A DNA stretch of 59,797 bases, filler included, from Heptranchias perlo (taxonomy: Eukaryota), in the NCBI RefSeq assembly GCF_035084215.1. It is 2 parts of 2 records of this genome, joined end to end, with 100 filler letters (N's around TTAATTAATTAA, not from the genome) between each part and the next. Parts side by side here need not be neighbours in the genome. Positions count along the whole stretch, not along the records: positions 30,902 to 59,797 come from NC_090363.1; 1 more part is not named here. One strand, written 5' to 3'. The notes beneath the pieces were generated by a model. That model was given only the letters and a program-made list of their open reading frames with translations. It had not been told where the DNA came from and did no database searches. This document shows, in pieces, positions 32,841 to 45,400 of the stretch (within the stretch, counting starts at the first letter, position 1; each line of letters begins with the position of its first letter). The position numbers were made by a program, and so were the translations under genes.

Positions 32841-35394
32841 GACATAAGGGTGACACTCAATCACTGGAGGTAGTGAAGAGAACAGCAGAGATAAGGCTAT
32901 CAAGGGATATGGAGCAAATGCAGGTAATTACAGTTGAGGTATAGACCAGCTATGATCTAATATTTTTAAAAATTCATTCTTGGGTGTCGTCAGCAAGGCC
33001 GGCATTTATTACCTCTTGAGAAGGTGGTGGTGAGCCTTCCTCTTGAACTGCTGCAGTCCGTGCGGTGGGAGGTGGCACAAGGAACAAAGGTAAATTTAAA
33101 GGCGATATCAAGACATTCTTTACACAACACAGAGCGGAGGAGGCAAGATCCCGGGAATCATTTAAGGAACAACTAGATGGCAGCGATGGGGGAGGGGAAC
33201 TGTAGGGGCTCCCTGGATGATGGACTAAGATGGGCCAAATGGCCTTTCTCATCCGTAATATCGCAACCCGCAGGCAGCAAATGAAAGTGGCATGTGACAC
33301 TCCTGAAGAACACCAGTGGCATCTCATTTTCATATCTGAGGGCCCTAACGCTCGTTTCAGGCGGCCTCCGGGGACTCCTGAAAAGTGGCCCTTACCAAAT
33401 TGGGCGCGGGACGTTGGTCTCCAAAACTCTCCCTCGTCACGTCCATTTTACCCCCATGAAGCGGGCACAACGAGGAGCAATTTCCACCCCGTTATCGGCA
33501 AGCTCAGGGTCAACTTCCATATCATCCATAGAAAACCCTCCACTAGCACCAGCAACTCCAAGGATGTTATATACCCAAAGGACAGTAAGTCCTGGTTGCA
33601 TTTATCCTCTGAGCCACTGGGAAACTCCCCCTCCCTCCTTCCCCCTTCCCCCTCCCTCCTTCCCCCTTCCCCCTCCCTCCTTCCCCTTACCCCTTCCCCC
33701 TCCCTCTTCCCCCTCCCCCTCCAGGGCCCATCACTATCCTTGTGAACCTTCATGGGCTCATTTTTAAAGGGGAAGTCTTTCATGCAGCACTGATATCCTG
33801 CCAGCAGATGGGAGCGGCGCACTTTGTAACAAAGAGAGACTTAAGTTCATACAGCGTCTCAACGAAGCCCAGAAACTTACTGCACCCGCAACACTTAACT
33901 CTCGAGTAACGTGTCCAGTTCTGGTCAGACCCACCTCGACTCCTTCTTAGGAAAATGCAGCAGCCGTTTTACACACAGCAAAATCCCACACCGAGCAAAT
34001 GAGATGAATGACCAGTTAATCTCTCTTTGGTGGCCCTCGTTGAGGGGAGGAATATTGGCCAGGGAGAACAGCCCTGCTCCCTGTTGCCGTGGGATCTTAA
34101 AACACCAGTCGAGGCAGACGCGGCCTCGGTTTAAAGGGCAGCACCTCTGCCCGTTGGGGACGTAGAAAGAGAGGAACAGGAGTGAGCCTTTCGATCAGAT
34201 CATGGCTGATCTGTGACTATCCACCATTTCCCCGCCATTGCTCCATACCACTTGATACCCTTGAAAGCTCTAATTGTCCCAGCGTCCACAGCATTTTGGG
34301 GCAGAGAATTTCACATCTCCACTACCCTTTGTGTGGAGAAGTGCTTCCTGATTTCATTCCTGAATGACCGAGCTCTAATTTTAAAGCTGATGCCCCCCCC
34401 ACTGTTACAGACTACAGTCCAGGGAGAGGTACAGTGGAGCAACGGCGAAAGTCTTTCCCAGTTTGGGTCTCTCCTGTTCAGAGTTTGGGACCAAAGATAA
34501 TGGGGTGGGGGGTAATTTCACGAGTTTCCATTCCCGGCTGTCGACCAAACATGGTAGGGGCGAGAGTGGGGTACAGTATTGTAGCCCCAATGTTTAGGCC
34601 CACACTCAGTGCCAATGACACTCTGCACCAGGAGATGGGTCATGCAAAAAATCACCCCTAGTGCGTCTGCCTATTTCTCTTTATCTGCTTCTCCATTTTT
34701 AACACACAAGTTACACCCACATAGGTTTCAGATGAAATTATAGACTCATAGAAGAGGACCATTTGGCCCATCGTGCCTGTGCTAGCTCTTTGAAAGAGCT
34801 ATCCAATTAGACCCACTCGCCCCTGCCCTTTCCCCATCGCCCTGAAAATGTTTCTTTTCTAAGTATTTACCTGATTCCCTTTTGAGAGTTACTATTGAAT
34901 CTGCTTCCACCGCCCTTTCAAGCAGCGCATTCCAGATCATCACAACTCGCTGCGTTTAAAAAATAACCCTCCTCGGCCAACCCTCTGGTTCTTTTGTCAA
35001 TGACCTTAAATCCGTGCGCCCTGGTTACCCACCCTCCTGTCAGTGGTGACGTTAAGACCTTGGTAGCCACTGGAGAAAGCCAGTGCCAACGTCCTGGCTG
35101 CACTGCATCCGACGTCAATCCAGTGTAAAATCCAGATGGAATACCAGCAGCTTTGTCCTGCTCCTGCCGGACAACGCTGGCACCCGGAATTCTGTCCGTC
35201 ATTGCTTTTTTTTCCCCCGTGGGAGCTTGCTGTGCACAAATTGGCTGCTGTGTTTTGCTACATTACAGCAGCGACTACACTCCAGAAGCAAGTACCTCAT
35301 TGTGTGTGAAGTGCTTTGGGAGGACCTGGAGTTATGAAAGTCCTTTATATATAATTGCAAGCCCTTCCACTCTTTGAATTTTTACATAAAAACA

Positions 35395-36327
35395 GAAGAA
35401 CATAAGAAATAGGAGCAGGAGTAGGCCAATCGGCCCCTCGAGCCTGCTCCGCCATTCAATAAGATCATGGCTGATCTGATCCTAACCTCAAATCTAAATT
35501 CATGTCCAATTTCCTGCCCACTCCCCGTAACCCCTAATTCCCTTTACTTCTAGGAAACTGTCTATTTCTGTTTTAAATTTATTTAATGATGTAGCTTCCA
35601 CAGCTTCCTGGGGCAGCAAATTCCACAGACCTACTACCCTCTGAGTGAAGAAGTTTCTCCTCATCTCAGTTTTGAAAGAGCAGCCCCTTATTCTAAGATT
35701 ATGCCCCCTAGTTCTAGTTTCACCCATCCTTGGGAACATCCTTACCACATCCACCCGATCAAGCCCCTTCACAATCTTATATGTTTCAATAAGATCGCCT
35801 CTCATTCTTCTGAACTCCAATGAGTAGAGTCCCAATCTACTCAACCTCTCCTCATATGTCCGCCCCCTCATCCCCGGGATTAACCGAGTGAACCTTCTTT
35901 GTACTGCCTCGAGAGCAAGTATGTCTTTTCTTAAGTATGGACACCAAAACTGTATGCAGTATTCCAGGTGCGGTCTCACCAATACCTTATATAGCTGCAG
36001 CAATACCTCCCTGTTTTTATATTCTATCCCCCTAGCAAAAAAAGCCAACATTCCGTTGGCCTTCTTGATCACCTGCTGCACCTGCAAACTAACTTTTTGA
36101 TTTTCTTGCACTAGGACCCCCAGATCCCTTTGTACTGCAGTACTTTCCAGTTTCTCGCCATTAAGAAAATAACTTGCTCTCCGATTTTTCCTGCCAAAGT
36201 GCATAACCTCACATTTTCCAATATTGTATTGCATCTGCCAAATCTCTGCCCACTCACCCAGCCTGTCTATATCCCCTTGTCGGTTTTTTATGTCCTCCTC
36301 ACTCTCTACTTTCCCTCCCATCTTTGT
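35395..36327 (-). mobile_element. CR1 LINE 3' portion (uninterrupted 273-aa RT C-terminal ORF + 3' UTR)
   Basis: KCEVMHFG...RDLGV...LYKVLVRPHLEYCIQFW...RGDLIE...FFTQRVV; (TTCTTATG) tail on the minus strand. Confidence 0.92.
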
Positions 36328-36469
36328 ATTTTCTTTTGTGTTTAGGGTCCTTTTATAAGGGTGTGCTTTATTTTGTTAAAAAAAGCAAATCAAAATCAAA
36401 TAATAAACAAAGTCAATTAATAATTTTGTTCCATTGATCAAGGCTGCACTCCAGTCAATATTTGGATTC

Positions 36470-37077
36470 CGCTGAGTGATTCCTGGACTACAACTCCCAG
36501 AAGAGCCTGCGAACTCCGCGCCTGCGCAGTTCCGTCTCACGGAAAGATTTCCGGCAAGTTTCGGGCCGGGGCTTCGTGAGAAGAGCGCGAGGCGAAGTTT
36601 GAGAACCAAAAAAAAAGAAAATAACACATAAATAAGAGATCGACCTATTTTAAAGACCTAAACGAGAGCAGAAAACTTGTAAATCTTCGGGAACAAAAAA
36701 AAAACACGATTTTAAATCCGAAGAGCCGAGCGCGAGCCGCTTCCAGCCGAAGCGAGCTCCGTAAATCCCGCCTCCCCGCGGCGCTGATTGGCCGGTTGCG
36801 GCGCTCCCGTGTCATCGGATTGGCCGGAGCGCCTGTCAGTCAGAGTGACGGAGGCGTGTTTCCGTTGACAGGCCCAGGCCTCAGTGGAAGTCGGGTTCGG
36901 ACCTCGGGCAGTGTGTCTGGGCCGCGGGAGGAGTGAGGCTGTGCTCGGCTGCTGCCTGGGCGAGTAGTCGCCGGTGGGAGCGACTCACGGCGGACGCCGC
37001 CGTGTGATTTTATACTCGGGCTTTTCCTCTTCACTTTTGATTATTATTGTTGTTCACTGGGTGGAAGCGAGGACGCC
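36470..37077 (+). promoter_or_regulatory. CpG-island housekeeping promoter / 5' UTR
   Basis: High CpG density; ACTACAACTCCCAGA (ZNF143/THAP11-type) at 36487, GCGCCTGCGCA (NRF1) 36518-36528, TTCCGG (ETS) ~36549, two ATTGG (NF-Y) at 36787 and 36819. Confidence 0.8.
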
Positions 37078-37150
37078 ATGGCAACGGATTTCGTGACCGA
37101 GCTGGACAGTCCTTTCTTCGCCGATAATCTGCTGACCAGTGAGGACTGGG
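37078..37150 (+). CDS. ATF6B: First coding exon of an ATF6-family bZIP factor, most likely ATF6-beta
   Basis: Kozak GCCATGG; MATDFVTELDSPFFADNLLTSEDW then a phase-1 GTAAGG donor. Resembles the recalled human ATF6B N-terminus (RFFTDNLLSPEDW). No downstream exon identified in the window. Confidence 0.75.
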
Positions 37151-37194
37151 GTAAGGAGGAGGGGAGGGGAGGGTATAGGGGGGAACAAGGGGTG

Positions 37195-38725
37195 AGGGGG
37201 GAATCATCAAGGGGAGGGGGGCCGGAGGGGGGGGGCTGTCAAGGGGAGGGGGGCCGGAGGGGGGGGGTGTCAAGGGGATCATCAAGGGGAGGGGGGCCGG
37301 AGGGGGGGGTGTCAAGGGGATCATCAAGGGGAGGGGGGCCGGAGGGGGGGGGTGTCAAGGGGATCATCAAGGGGAGGGGGGCCGGAGGGGGGGGGTGTCA
37401 AGGGGATCATCAAGGGGAGGGGGGCCGGAGGGGGGGGGTGTCAAGGGGATCATCAAGGGGAGGGGGGCCGGAGGGGGGGGGTGTCAAGGGGATCATCAAG
37501 GGGAGGGGGGCCGGAGGGGGGGGGTGTCAAGGGGATCATCAAGGGGAGGGGGGCCGGAGGGGGGGGGGTGTCAAGGGGATCATCAAGGGGAGGGGGGCCG
37601 GAGGGGGGGGGTGTCAAGGGGATCATCAAGGGGAGGGGGGCCGGAGGGGGGGGGTGTCAAGGGGATCATCAAGGGGAGGGGGGCCGGAGGGGGGGGGTGT
37701 CAAGGGGATCATCAAGGGGAGGGGGGCCGGAGGGGGGGGGGTGTCAAGGGGATCATCAAGGGGAGGGGGGCCGGAGGGGGGGGGTGTCAAGGGGATCATC
37801 AAGGGGAGGGGGGCCGGAGGGGGGGGGGGTGTCAAGGGGATCATCAAGGGGAGGGGGGGGTGTCAAGGGGATCATCAAGGGGAGGGGGGCCGGAGGGGGG
37901 GGTGTCAAGGGGATCATCAAGGGGAGGGGGGCCGGAGGGGGGGGGTGTCAAGGGGATCATCAAGGGGAGGGGGGCCGGAGGGGGGGGTGTCAAGGGGATC
38001 ATCAAGGGGAGGGGGGCCGGAGGGGGGGGGGGTGTCAAGGGGATCATCAAGGGGAGGGGGGCCGGAGGGGGGGGGGGTGTCAAGGGGATCATCAAGGGGA
38101 GGGGGGCCGGAGGGGGGGGGGTGTCAAGGGGATCATCAAGGGGAGGGGGGCGGGAGGGGGGCGGGAGGGGGGGGGTGTCAAGGGGATCATCAAGGGGAGG
38201 GGGGCCGGAGGGGGGGGGGGTGTCAAGGGGATCATCAAGGGGAGGGGGGCCGGAGGGGGGGGGGTGTCAAGGGGATCATCAAGGGGAGGGGGGCCGGAGG
38301 GGGGGGTGTCAAGGGGATCATCAAGGGGAGGGGGGCCGGAGGGGGGGTGTCAAGGGGATCATCAAGGGGAGGGGGGCCGGAGGGGGGGGTGTCAGGGGGA
38401 TCATCAAGGGGAGGGGGTGTCAGGGGGATCATCAAGGGGAGGGGGGGCGTGTCAGGGGGATCATCAAGGGGAGGGGGGCCGGAGGGGGGGGGCTGTCAGG
38501 GGGATCATCAAGGGGAGGGGGCCGGAGGGGGGGAGGTGTTAGGGGGATCATCAAGGGGAGGGGAGCTGGAGTGGGGGGTGTCAGGGGGATCATCAAGGGG
38601 AGGGGGGCCGGAGGGGGGATGTCAGGGGAATCATCAAGGGGAGGGGGGTTTGAGGTGGATCATCAAGGGGAGGGGGGCCGGAGGGGGAGTTAAAGGGGAG
38701 GGGTGCTGGGGGGCGAGTTAAAGGG
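37195..38725. repeat. G-rich ~43-bp tandem repeat (G-quadruplex-prone) in intron 1
   Basis: Unit GTCAAGGGGATCATCAAGGGGAGGGGGGCCGGAG(G)nT, ~33 copies. Confidence 0.93.
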
Positions 38726-39889
38726 GAGGGATGATTGGGGTATGGGGGGAGTAAGGAGGGGAGAGTTTTTTTTTGGGGGGGGTGCAATTCCAGTGCATAG
38801 TGCACTTTGGACACCCTGGCATAGTGGACCCCAGGGATCCATATGGTCATCTGATTTCTGTCCTCTTGTGCTGGCCACATTGTGTGTCATGAGTGCAGTC
38901 TCATCCTGTTAATTCAGTATTTTTATATCTTTCTGCACCTGACTTACAGCATGTTATTTCTGTTAGTATATTGATAAATAATTTCTGCAACGATGCCATT
39001 GTTTCCTTTGGGTAATTGAGGCTGTGTTTTATAAGTTGGGATGAGGGGTCTCTGGGGGTGTGTGCCAGTGTTTAGCATGGGTCCTCAGCATGGAAAGTTT
39101 TGGAAGCCACTCCTGTGGCTATTAATCAGATGTGTATAGTTGGCATCTTCTCCCAACTGCAAAACTGTTTTAATAAAAATTAGATAACAGGTTTTACAAA
39201 TTACTAATTCCTAATGAAATGTAAATTCCTCTTTGCCAAGTCCAAAACCTGACCAGGGACAAGGGATGAGATTGTGGCTTTGAGTTCTGAAGTTTGCTTT
39301 GCTGCTGATTAAAATTTCACACAAACCTTACTAACAATAATGGTCGCTGTATCATGAGATACAAAAGCAGGGTGTGGGGGAAACTTAAAAAAATAGCAAT
39401 ATCGGTTTTGGGCATCCAGTTTTATATTTTAAAAATGTCTACAAACCTTTCAAAAACTGAACTGCGCAGTTCTGAAGCAGACAGCTGCTAACTGTAATGG
39501 CGAGTAACATTAGCAGGTATCCTTTCAATCAGTGAGGTGGACCGCGGTGTCCAAGATTGAGGCTCACGGCGGGGCGGGGAGGGGGGCACGGGCCCGGGGT
39601 GCGGAGTCTGGTGCAGGATGTGCTATAATGTGTAGAACTTTGTCATGAATTATTATATCATGGGGGAAACTCAATCAAATGGTCTGCTGACCAGTGTGTG
39701 CGAGTAAGGTCAGTGAGTGACCCATAGTACTGGCTGGGTACAGGATGTACTGCAGATGGTACAGATGTAATCGGTAATTACATACCTGCCAAGTCTGTTA
39801 TTTGGAACGGGCACAATATATGGTATTTTTAAGCTAACGAGCTGCTTTTAGCATTTCATGTTTTATAAATGGAGCAAAGAGTACAAGAG

Positions 39890-40360
39890 CAGAGAGATAA
39901 ATTGCCTTAGAGGGGACGCAACAAAGGTTCACTAGACTGATTCCTGGGCTGAGACGATTCTCCTATGAAGAGAGGTTGAGTAGAATGGGCCTATACTCTC
40001 TGGAGTTTAGAAGAATGAGAGATGAGCTCATTGAAACATATAAGATTCTGAGGGGGCTTGACAGGGTAGATGCCAAGAGGCTGTTTCCCCTGGCTGGAGA
40101 GTCTAGAATTAAGAGGCATAGTCTCAGGATAAGGGGTCAGCCATTTTAGGACTGAGCTGAGGAGGAATTTCTTCAGTCAGGGTTGTGAATCTTTGGAATT
40201 CTCTACCCCAGAGGGCTGTGGCTGCTGAGTGGTTGAATATATTCAAGACTGAGAAGGATAGATTTTTGGACTCGAGGGGAATGAAGAGATATGGGGATCG
40301 GGCAGGAAAGTGGAGTCAAGGTCGAAGATCAGCCATGATCTGATTCCTAATGTTCTTATG
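39890..40360 (+). mobile_element. CR1 LINE 3' fragment (decayed)
   Basis: Similar to the reverse complement of 35395-35930. Confidence 0.75.
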
Positions 40361-40674
40361 GCAGTGGCTGGGTAACAGAGTGCTGTGTGCAGTTTTGGGC
40401 ACTCCATTATGGAAAGGACATTAAAGCCATAGAGAGATCAGAACATGGATTCATTAGGATGATGCTAGGGGCTGGGAAACTATAGTTATGAGGAGAGACT
40501 TGTAATATATCCAGTCTCCTCTTATAGACTTCACTGCTCAAGTGAAGAGGTTTTTTAAAATTATGAAAAGATTTGATGGGCTGATGGTAGTCAATTTCCT
40601 CTGGTTGGTGAGTTAGTAAGGAGTGATCAATTTAAAATTGTCACGAGAATGAGGGCAAATTTCTGTGCTTTCCA

Positions 40675-42480
40675 GTTTTTTAATTCGTTCATGGGATGTG
40701 GGCGTCGCTGGCGAGGCCGGCATTTATTCCCATCCCTAATTGCCCTTGAGAAGGTGGTGGTGAGCCACCGCTGCAGTCCGTGTGGTGAAGGTTCTCCCAC
40801 AGTGCTGTTAGGCAGTTCCAGATTTTTGACCCAGCGACGATGAAGGAACGGCGATATATTTCCAAGTCGGGATGGTGTGTGACTTGGAGGGGAACGTGCG
40901 GGTGGTGGTGTTCCCATGCACCTGCTGTTCTTGTCCTTCTGGGTGGTAGAGGTCGCGGGTTTGGGAGGTGCTGTCGAAGAAGCCTTGGCGAGTTGCTGCA
41001 GTGCATCCTGTGGATGGTACACACTGCAGCCACATTGCGCCAGTGGTAAAGGGAGTGAATGTTTAGGGTGGTGGATGGGGTGCCAATCAAGTGGGCTGCT
41101 TTGTCCTGGATGGTATCGAGCTTCTTGAGTGTTGTTGGAGCTGCACTCATCCAGGCAATTGGAGAGTATTCCATCACACTCCTGACTTGTGCCATGTAGA
41201 TGGTGAAAAGGCTTTGGGGAATCAGGAGATGAGTCACTCGCCGCAGAATACCCAGCCTCTGACCTGCTCTTGTAGCCACAGTATTTATGTGGCTGGTCCA
41301 GTTAAGTTTCTGGTCAATGGTGACCCCCAGGATGTTGATGGTGGGGGATTCAGTGATGGTAATACCGTTGAATGTCAAGGGGAGGTGGTTAGACTCTCTC
41401 TTGTTGGAGATGGTCATTGCCTGGCACTTGTCTGGTGCGAATGTTACTTCCACTTATCAGCCCAAGCCTGGATATTGTCCACGTCTTGCTGCATGCGGGC
41501 ACGGACTGTTTCATTATCTGAGGGGTTGCGAATGGAACTGAACACTGTGCAATCATCAGTGAACATCCCCATTTCTGACCTTATGATGGAGGGAAGGTCA
41601 TTGGTGAAGCAGCTGGAGATGGTTGGGCCTAAGACACTGCCCTGAGGAACTCCTGCAGCAATGTCCTGGGGCTGAGATGATTGGCCTCCAACAACCACTA
41701 CCATCTTCCTTTGTGCTAGGTATGACTGCAGCCACTGGAGAGCCTTCCCCCTGATTCCCATTGACTTCAATTTTACTAGGGCTCCTTGGTGCCACACTCA
41801 GTCAAATGTTGCCTTGATGTCAAGGGCAGTCACTCTCACCTCACCTCTGGAATTCAGCTCTTTTGCCCATGTTTGGACCAAGGCTGTAATGAGGTCTGGA
41901 GCCAAGTGGTCCTGGCGGAACCCAAACTGAGCATCGGTGAGCAGGTTATTGATGAGTAAGTGCCGCTTGATAGCACTGTCAACTTCCATCACTGTGCTGA
42001 TGATTGAGAGTAGGCTGATGGGCCGGTAATTGGCCGGATTGGATTTGTCCTGCTTTTTGTGGACAGGACATACCTGGGCAATTTTCCACATTGTCAGGTA
42101 GATGCCAGTGTTGTAGCTGTACTGGAACAATTTGGCTAGAGGCGCGGCTAGTTCTGGAGCACAGGTCTTCTGCACTACAGCCGGGATGCTGTCGGGGCCC
42201 ATAGCTTTTGCTGTATCCAGTGCACTCAGCCGTTTCTTGATATCACATGGAGTGAATTGAATTGGCTGAAGACTGGCTCCTGTGATGGTGGGGATATCGG
42301 GAGGAGGCCGAGATGGATCATCCAATCGGCACTTCTGGCTGAAGGTGGTTGCAAACACTTCAGCCTTGTCTTTTGCACTCACATGCTGGATTCCGCCATC
42401 ACTGAGGATGGGGATGTTTACAGAGCCTCCTCCTCTCGTCAGTTGTTTAATTGTCCTCCACCATTCACGACTGGACTTGT
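40675..42480 (-). mobile_element. CR1-group LINE (same family as 24962-26009), longer frameshifted RT fragment
   Basis: KAMGPD, NYRPISLL, QFGFR, GVPQGSVLGP and FTDD motifs split over three ORFs; same 3' tail. Confidence 0.9.
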
Positions 42481-45400
42481 TGGCACACTCGTTGCTTTGC
42501 TGCAGAAAGGAGTGAGGTAGAGACTGTTTTGAAGAGAAAATGGATGGATAAGTTTTTGAAGCAGAGGGACATAGAGAACTTGGATTAGTTTTGGATTGAT
42601 CTGGAAAAGAGCTGGGACAAATATGATGGGCCAAATGGCCTCAATATGTCCAACAAGGCCTCTATTTTAAAATTCTCACCCTTGTTTTCAAATCCCTCCA
42701 TGGCCTCTGCCCTCCCCTCCCTATCTCTGTAACCTCCTCCAGCCCTACAACCCTCTGAGATCTCTGCACTCCACCAATTCTGGCCTCTTGCGCATCGCCA
42801 ATTTTCATTGCTCCACCATTGGCGGCTGTACCTTCAGCTGCCCAGGCTCTAAGCTCTGTAATTCCATCCAGAAGTACTTCTGTTTATAGTATGACCTGGC
42901 GCAATGTAATTGGGACAGTCGTGCCACTTACTTTGCATTGATGCAAAGCAGTTTCAGATTCATGGCGTGGTAAGATCTGCAGAGTAACTCTGAAGTTCAT
43001 TGGTTCAGATTGACTGTGGGTTGGGGGATCGTTTGACACGACTTCAGCTTTGCACCAGCTCCAGCCATTATGAAGTGAAGTTAAAAGCTCACTGTTAATC
43101 TTTCTAATTTTAGCAGAGCCCTGACTCTGTTGTCAGCACCTAGAATGATACTGTACAGAAGGAGGCCATTCGGCCCATTGTACCTGTGCTGGCTCTTTGA
43201 AAGAGCTATCCAATTAGTCCCGCTCCCCTGCTCTTTCCCCGTTGCCCTGCAAATTTCTCCTTTTCAACTATTCATCTAATTCCCTTTTGACTGTTACTAT
43301 TGAATCTGCTTCCACCACCATTTCAGGCAGATCATCATAACCCGCTGCGTAAATTTTTATTCCCTCATTTTCCCCCTGGATTTTTTGCCAATTGCCGATT
43401 ATCTTCAGACACCACTGAAACCCAACAGGTACTTGGACACTGGTGAGCAGAGGTGTGCGGCTTTCCCTCACTCGGGTGTGGTACAGGGTTGGTAATGTCA
43501 CTTGGGTCTTCTGGCCTTGCATCACTCCCATCAGATACTGGTCTGTAAGCGGTACCTCTAGTGCAAGAATGCCTTGGAAACACATAGCTGTATGGGAGCT
43601 GATTGGGGCAACAATTACTTAGTGCGAATTGTTTACCCTGTGCTTGAAAGCAAATGCTTCCTTTTACAGTTCCTCCGGACTGCAGCGGTTCAAGAAGGCG
43701 GCACACCGCCACCTTCTCAAGGGATGGGCAATAAATGCTGGCCTTGCCAGCGATGCCCACATCCCGTGAACAAATATTTTTTAAAAATCCACCATCATCT
43801 GTGACCTTGCTACAGAGTTATACTTTGTAGTCAGCCATCGTCCATAAACAAAATCATGATTGGAAGTTTTTCACAAAATTGGAAACTAAAAATGTGTTTT
43901 TAATGTGTAATTTTGAAAAGACAGACTAGCATTGTCTCCGTCAATTAGCAAAGAATTCAAGGAGGAATGTTGGAGATGGACCAAATGGCCTCTTTCTGTG
44001 CTGTAAGATTCTATATGGTTGAGGCTAACTTCCAGTCCAACCGGCAGCTGAAGTCTTGCTTGCGTGAGCTATGAGTTTTCCCGTGTCAGATAAAGGAGTG
44101 TGACTGAGCAGGTGTGGTGACCTCCGCAGTTTCAGATCAATGGCATCGACCCATGCTGTTCCATAAAGCAATTGAGCAGTTAGTTAACCGGATTGCTCAA
44201 GAGGAAATTCAGGAGGATCTGAGGATCAGCAGAATGGTTTGGTTCATCTGAGTGAAGAATGGAATCCGATGGTTTTATGTAATTCTTGGATGTTATTCTG
44301 TGTTGCGAATATGCCCTCGGCGTCCTCCCTCTGCTGAAGTTGCCTCCTGTAGCTGGGAGAGAGGGGTAAAAGGCAAAAATCTGAATCTTCCTTTATTGTA
44401 ACAAGTGAGCTAATGAATTAAAAGGAAGACTTCAGGATACAGCCAGGAGAATTCCTGCAGAAAATTAAACATTATGATCACTGTTGCTTCTACTGCTTTT
44501 ATATTTAAAATAAAAAAAACTGGTAATATACAAAAAAAGGCAGGCAGTGTTGGGGCAATTTTTGGTGCTGCCTTCTCCCTACTCCCACACCATAAAGGGG
44601 GTAGTTTTAACAGGGCAACTTTACCCAGAGTGGTTAGAATGTGGAACTCACAACCACGTGGAGTAGTTGAGGCGAATAGCATAGATGCATTTAAGGGGAA
44701 GCTAGATAAGCACGAGGGAGAAAGGAATAGAATATGTTGATGTGAGATGAAGTACGGTGGGAGGAGGTTCGTGTGGAGCATGATTACCAACACAGGAAGG
44801 GTAACGATGAGTAAGCAATTAAAGGGGAGGGTAATTCTGTGGGTAAGTAATTTAAGGGGGAGGGTAACTCTACTGGTAGGTGCCAGCCCTGCCAGGTAGG
44901 CCCTCACCAGTGCGGGAGGAGGCTCGGGTGAAGCATAAACACCAGCGTAGACCAGTTGGACTGAATGGCCTGTATCTGTGCTGTAAATTCTATGTAGTAG
45001 GGAGATGTGCAAAGCTTATTTCAAAAGCAGCTGTGTGTCGGTCATGTGTAGTACTGTATTCTGTCCAGATTTCAGATGGCAACCTGGTGGGTCTGTTTTG
45101 CAAGCTATTGGCCAAGCAAGTTAAACTTGTATGTGTGACATTCCTTTTGCTTATGCTTTTGTTTGGTATTAAATACTTGCTCCAGCTAAATTATGGAACT
45201 CAATCAATGTTCAAGCACTTGCATAGTCTTTTTCTTCCCACGTGCTAATTAAATGTAATTTTATTTGTATTGGGAAACTCATTTACGTTGGAATTTTTGC
45301 TTAGGCAAGCCCAGTTCAAAGCCTGCAGTTTTATTTTAGCTGGCTGCTGGACAAAGTTTACAATGCGGCAAGCTTGACCATTGTGTCTTGTCAGTATTTA

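Noticed and set aside
31171-32944. Three long overlapping ORFs (342-558 aa)
   Set aside because: Product of a stop-free 34-bp minisatellite; no gene structure.
36770-36823. ERSE autoregulatory element in the ATF6 promoter
   Set aside because: Neither CCAAT box is followed by CCACG at N9 spacing; the second gives CCAAT-N6-ACACG.
37151-38721. Gly-rich 547-aa protein starting at 37078
   Set aside because: Only the first 24 codons look genuine. A strong GTAAGG donor follows and the rest is a G-rich repeat.
39642-39692. Possible C/D snoRNA (GTCA...CTGAC ends)
   Set aside because: C box does not match RTGATGA and the element is too short.
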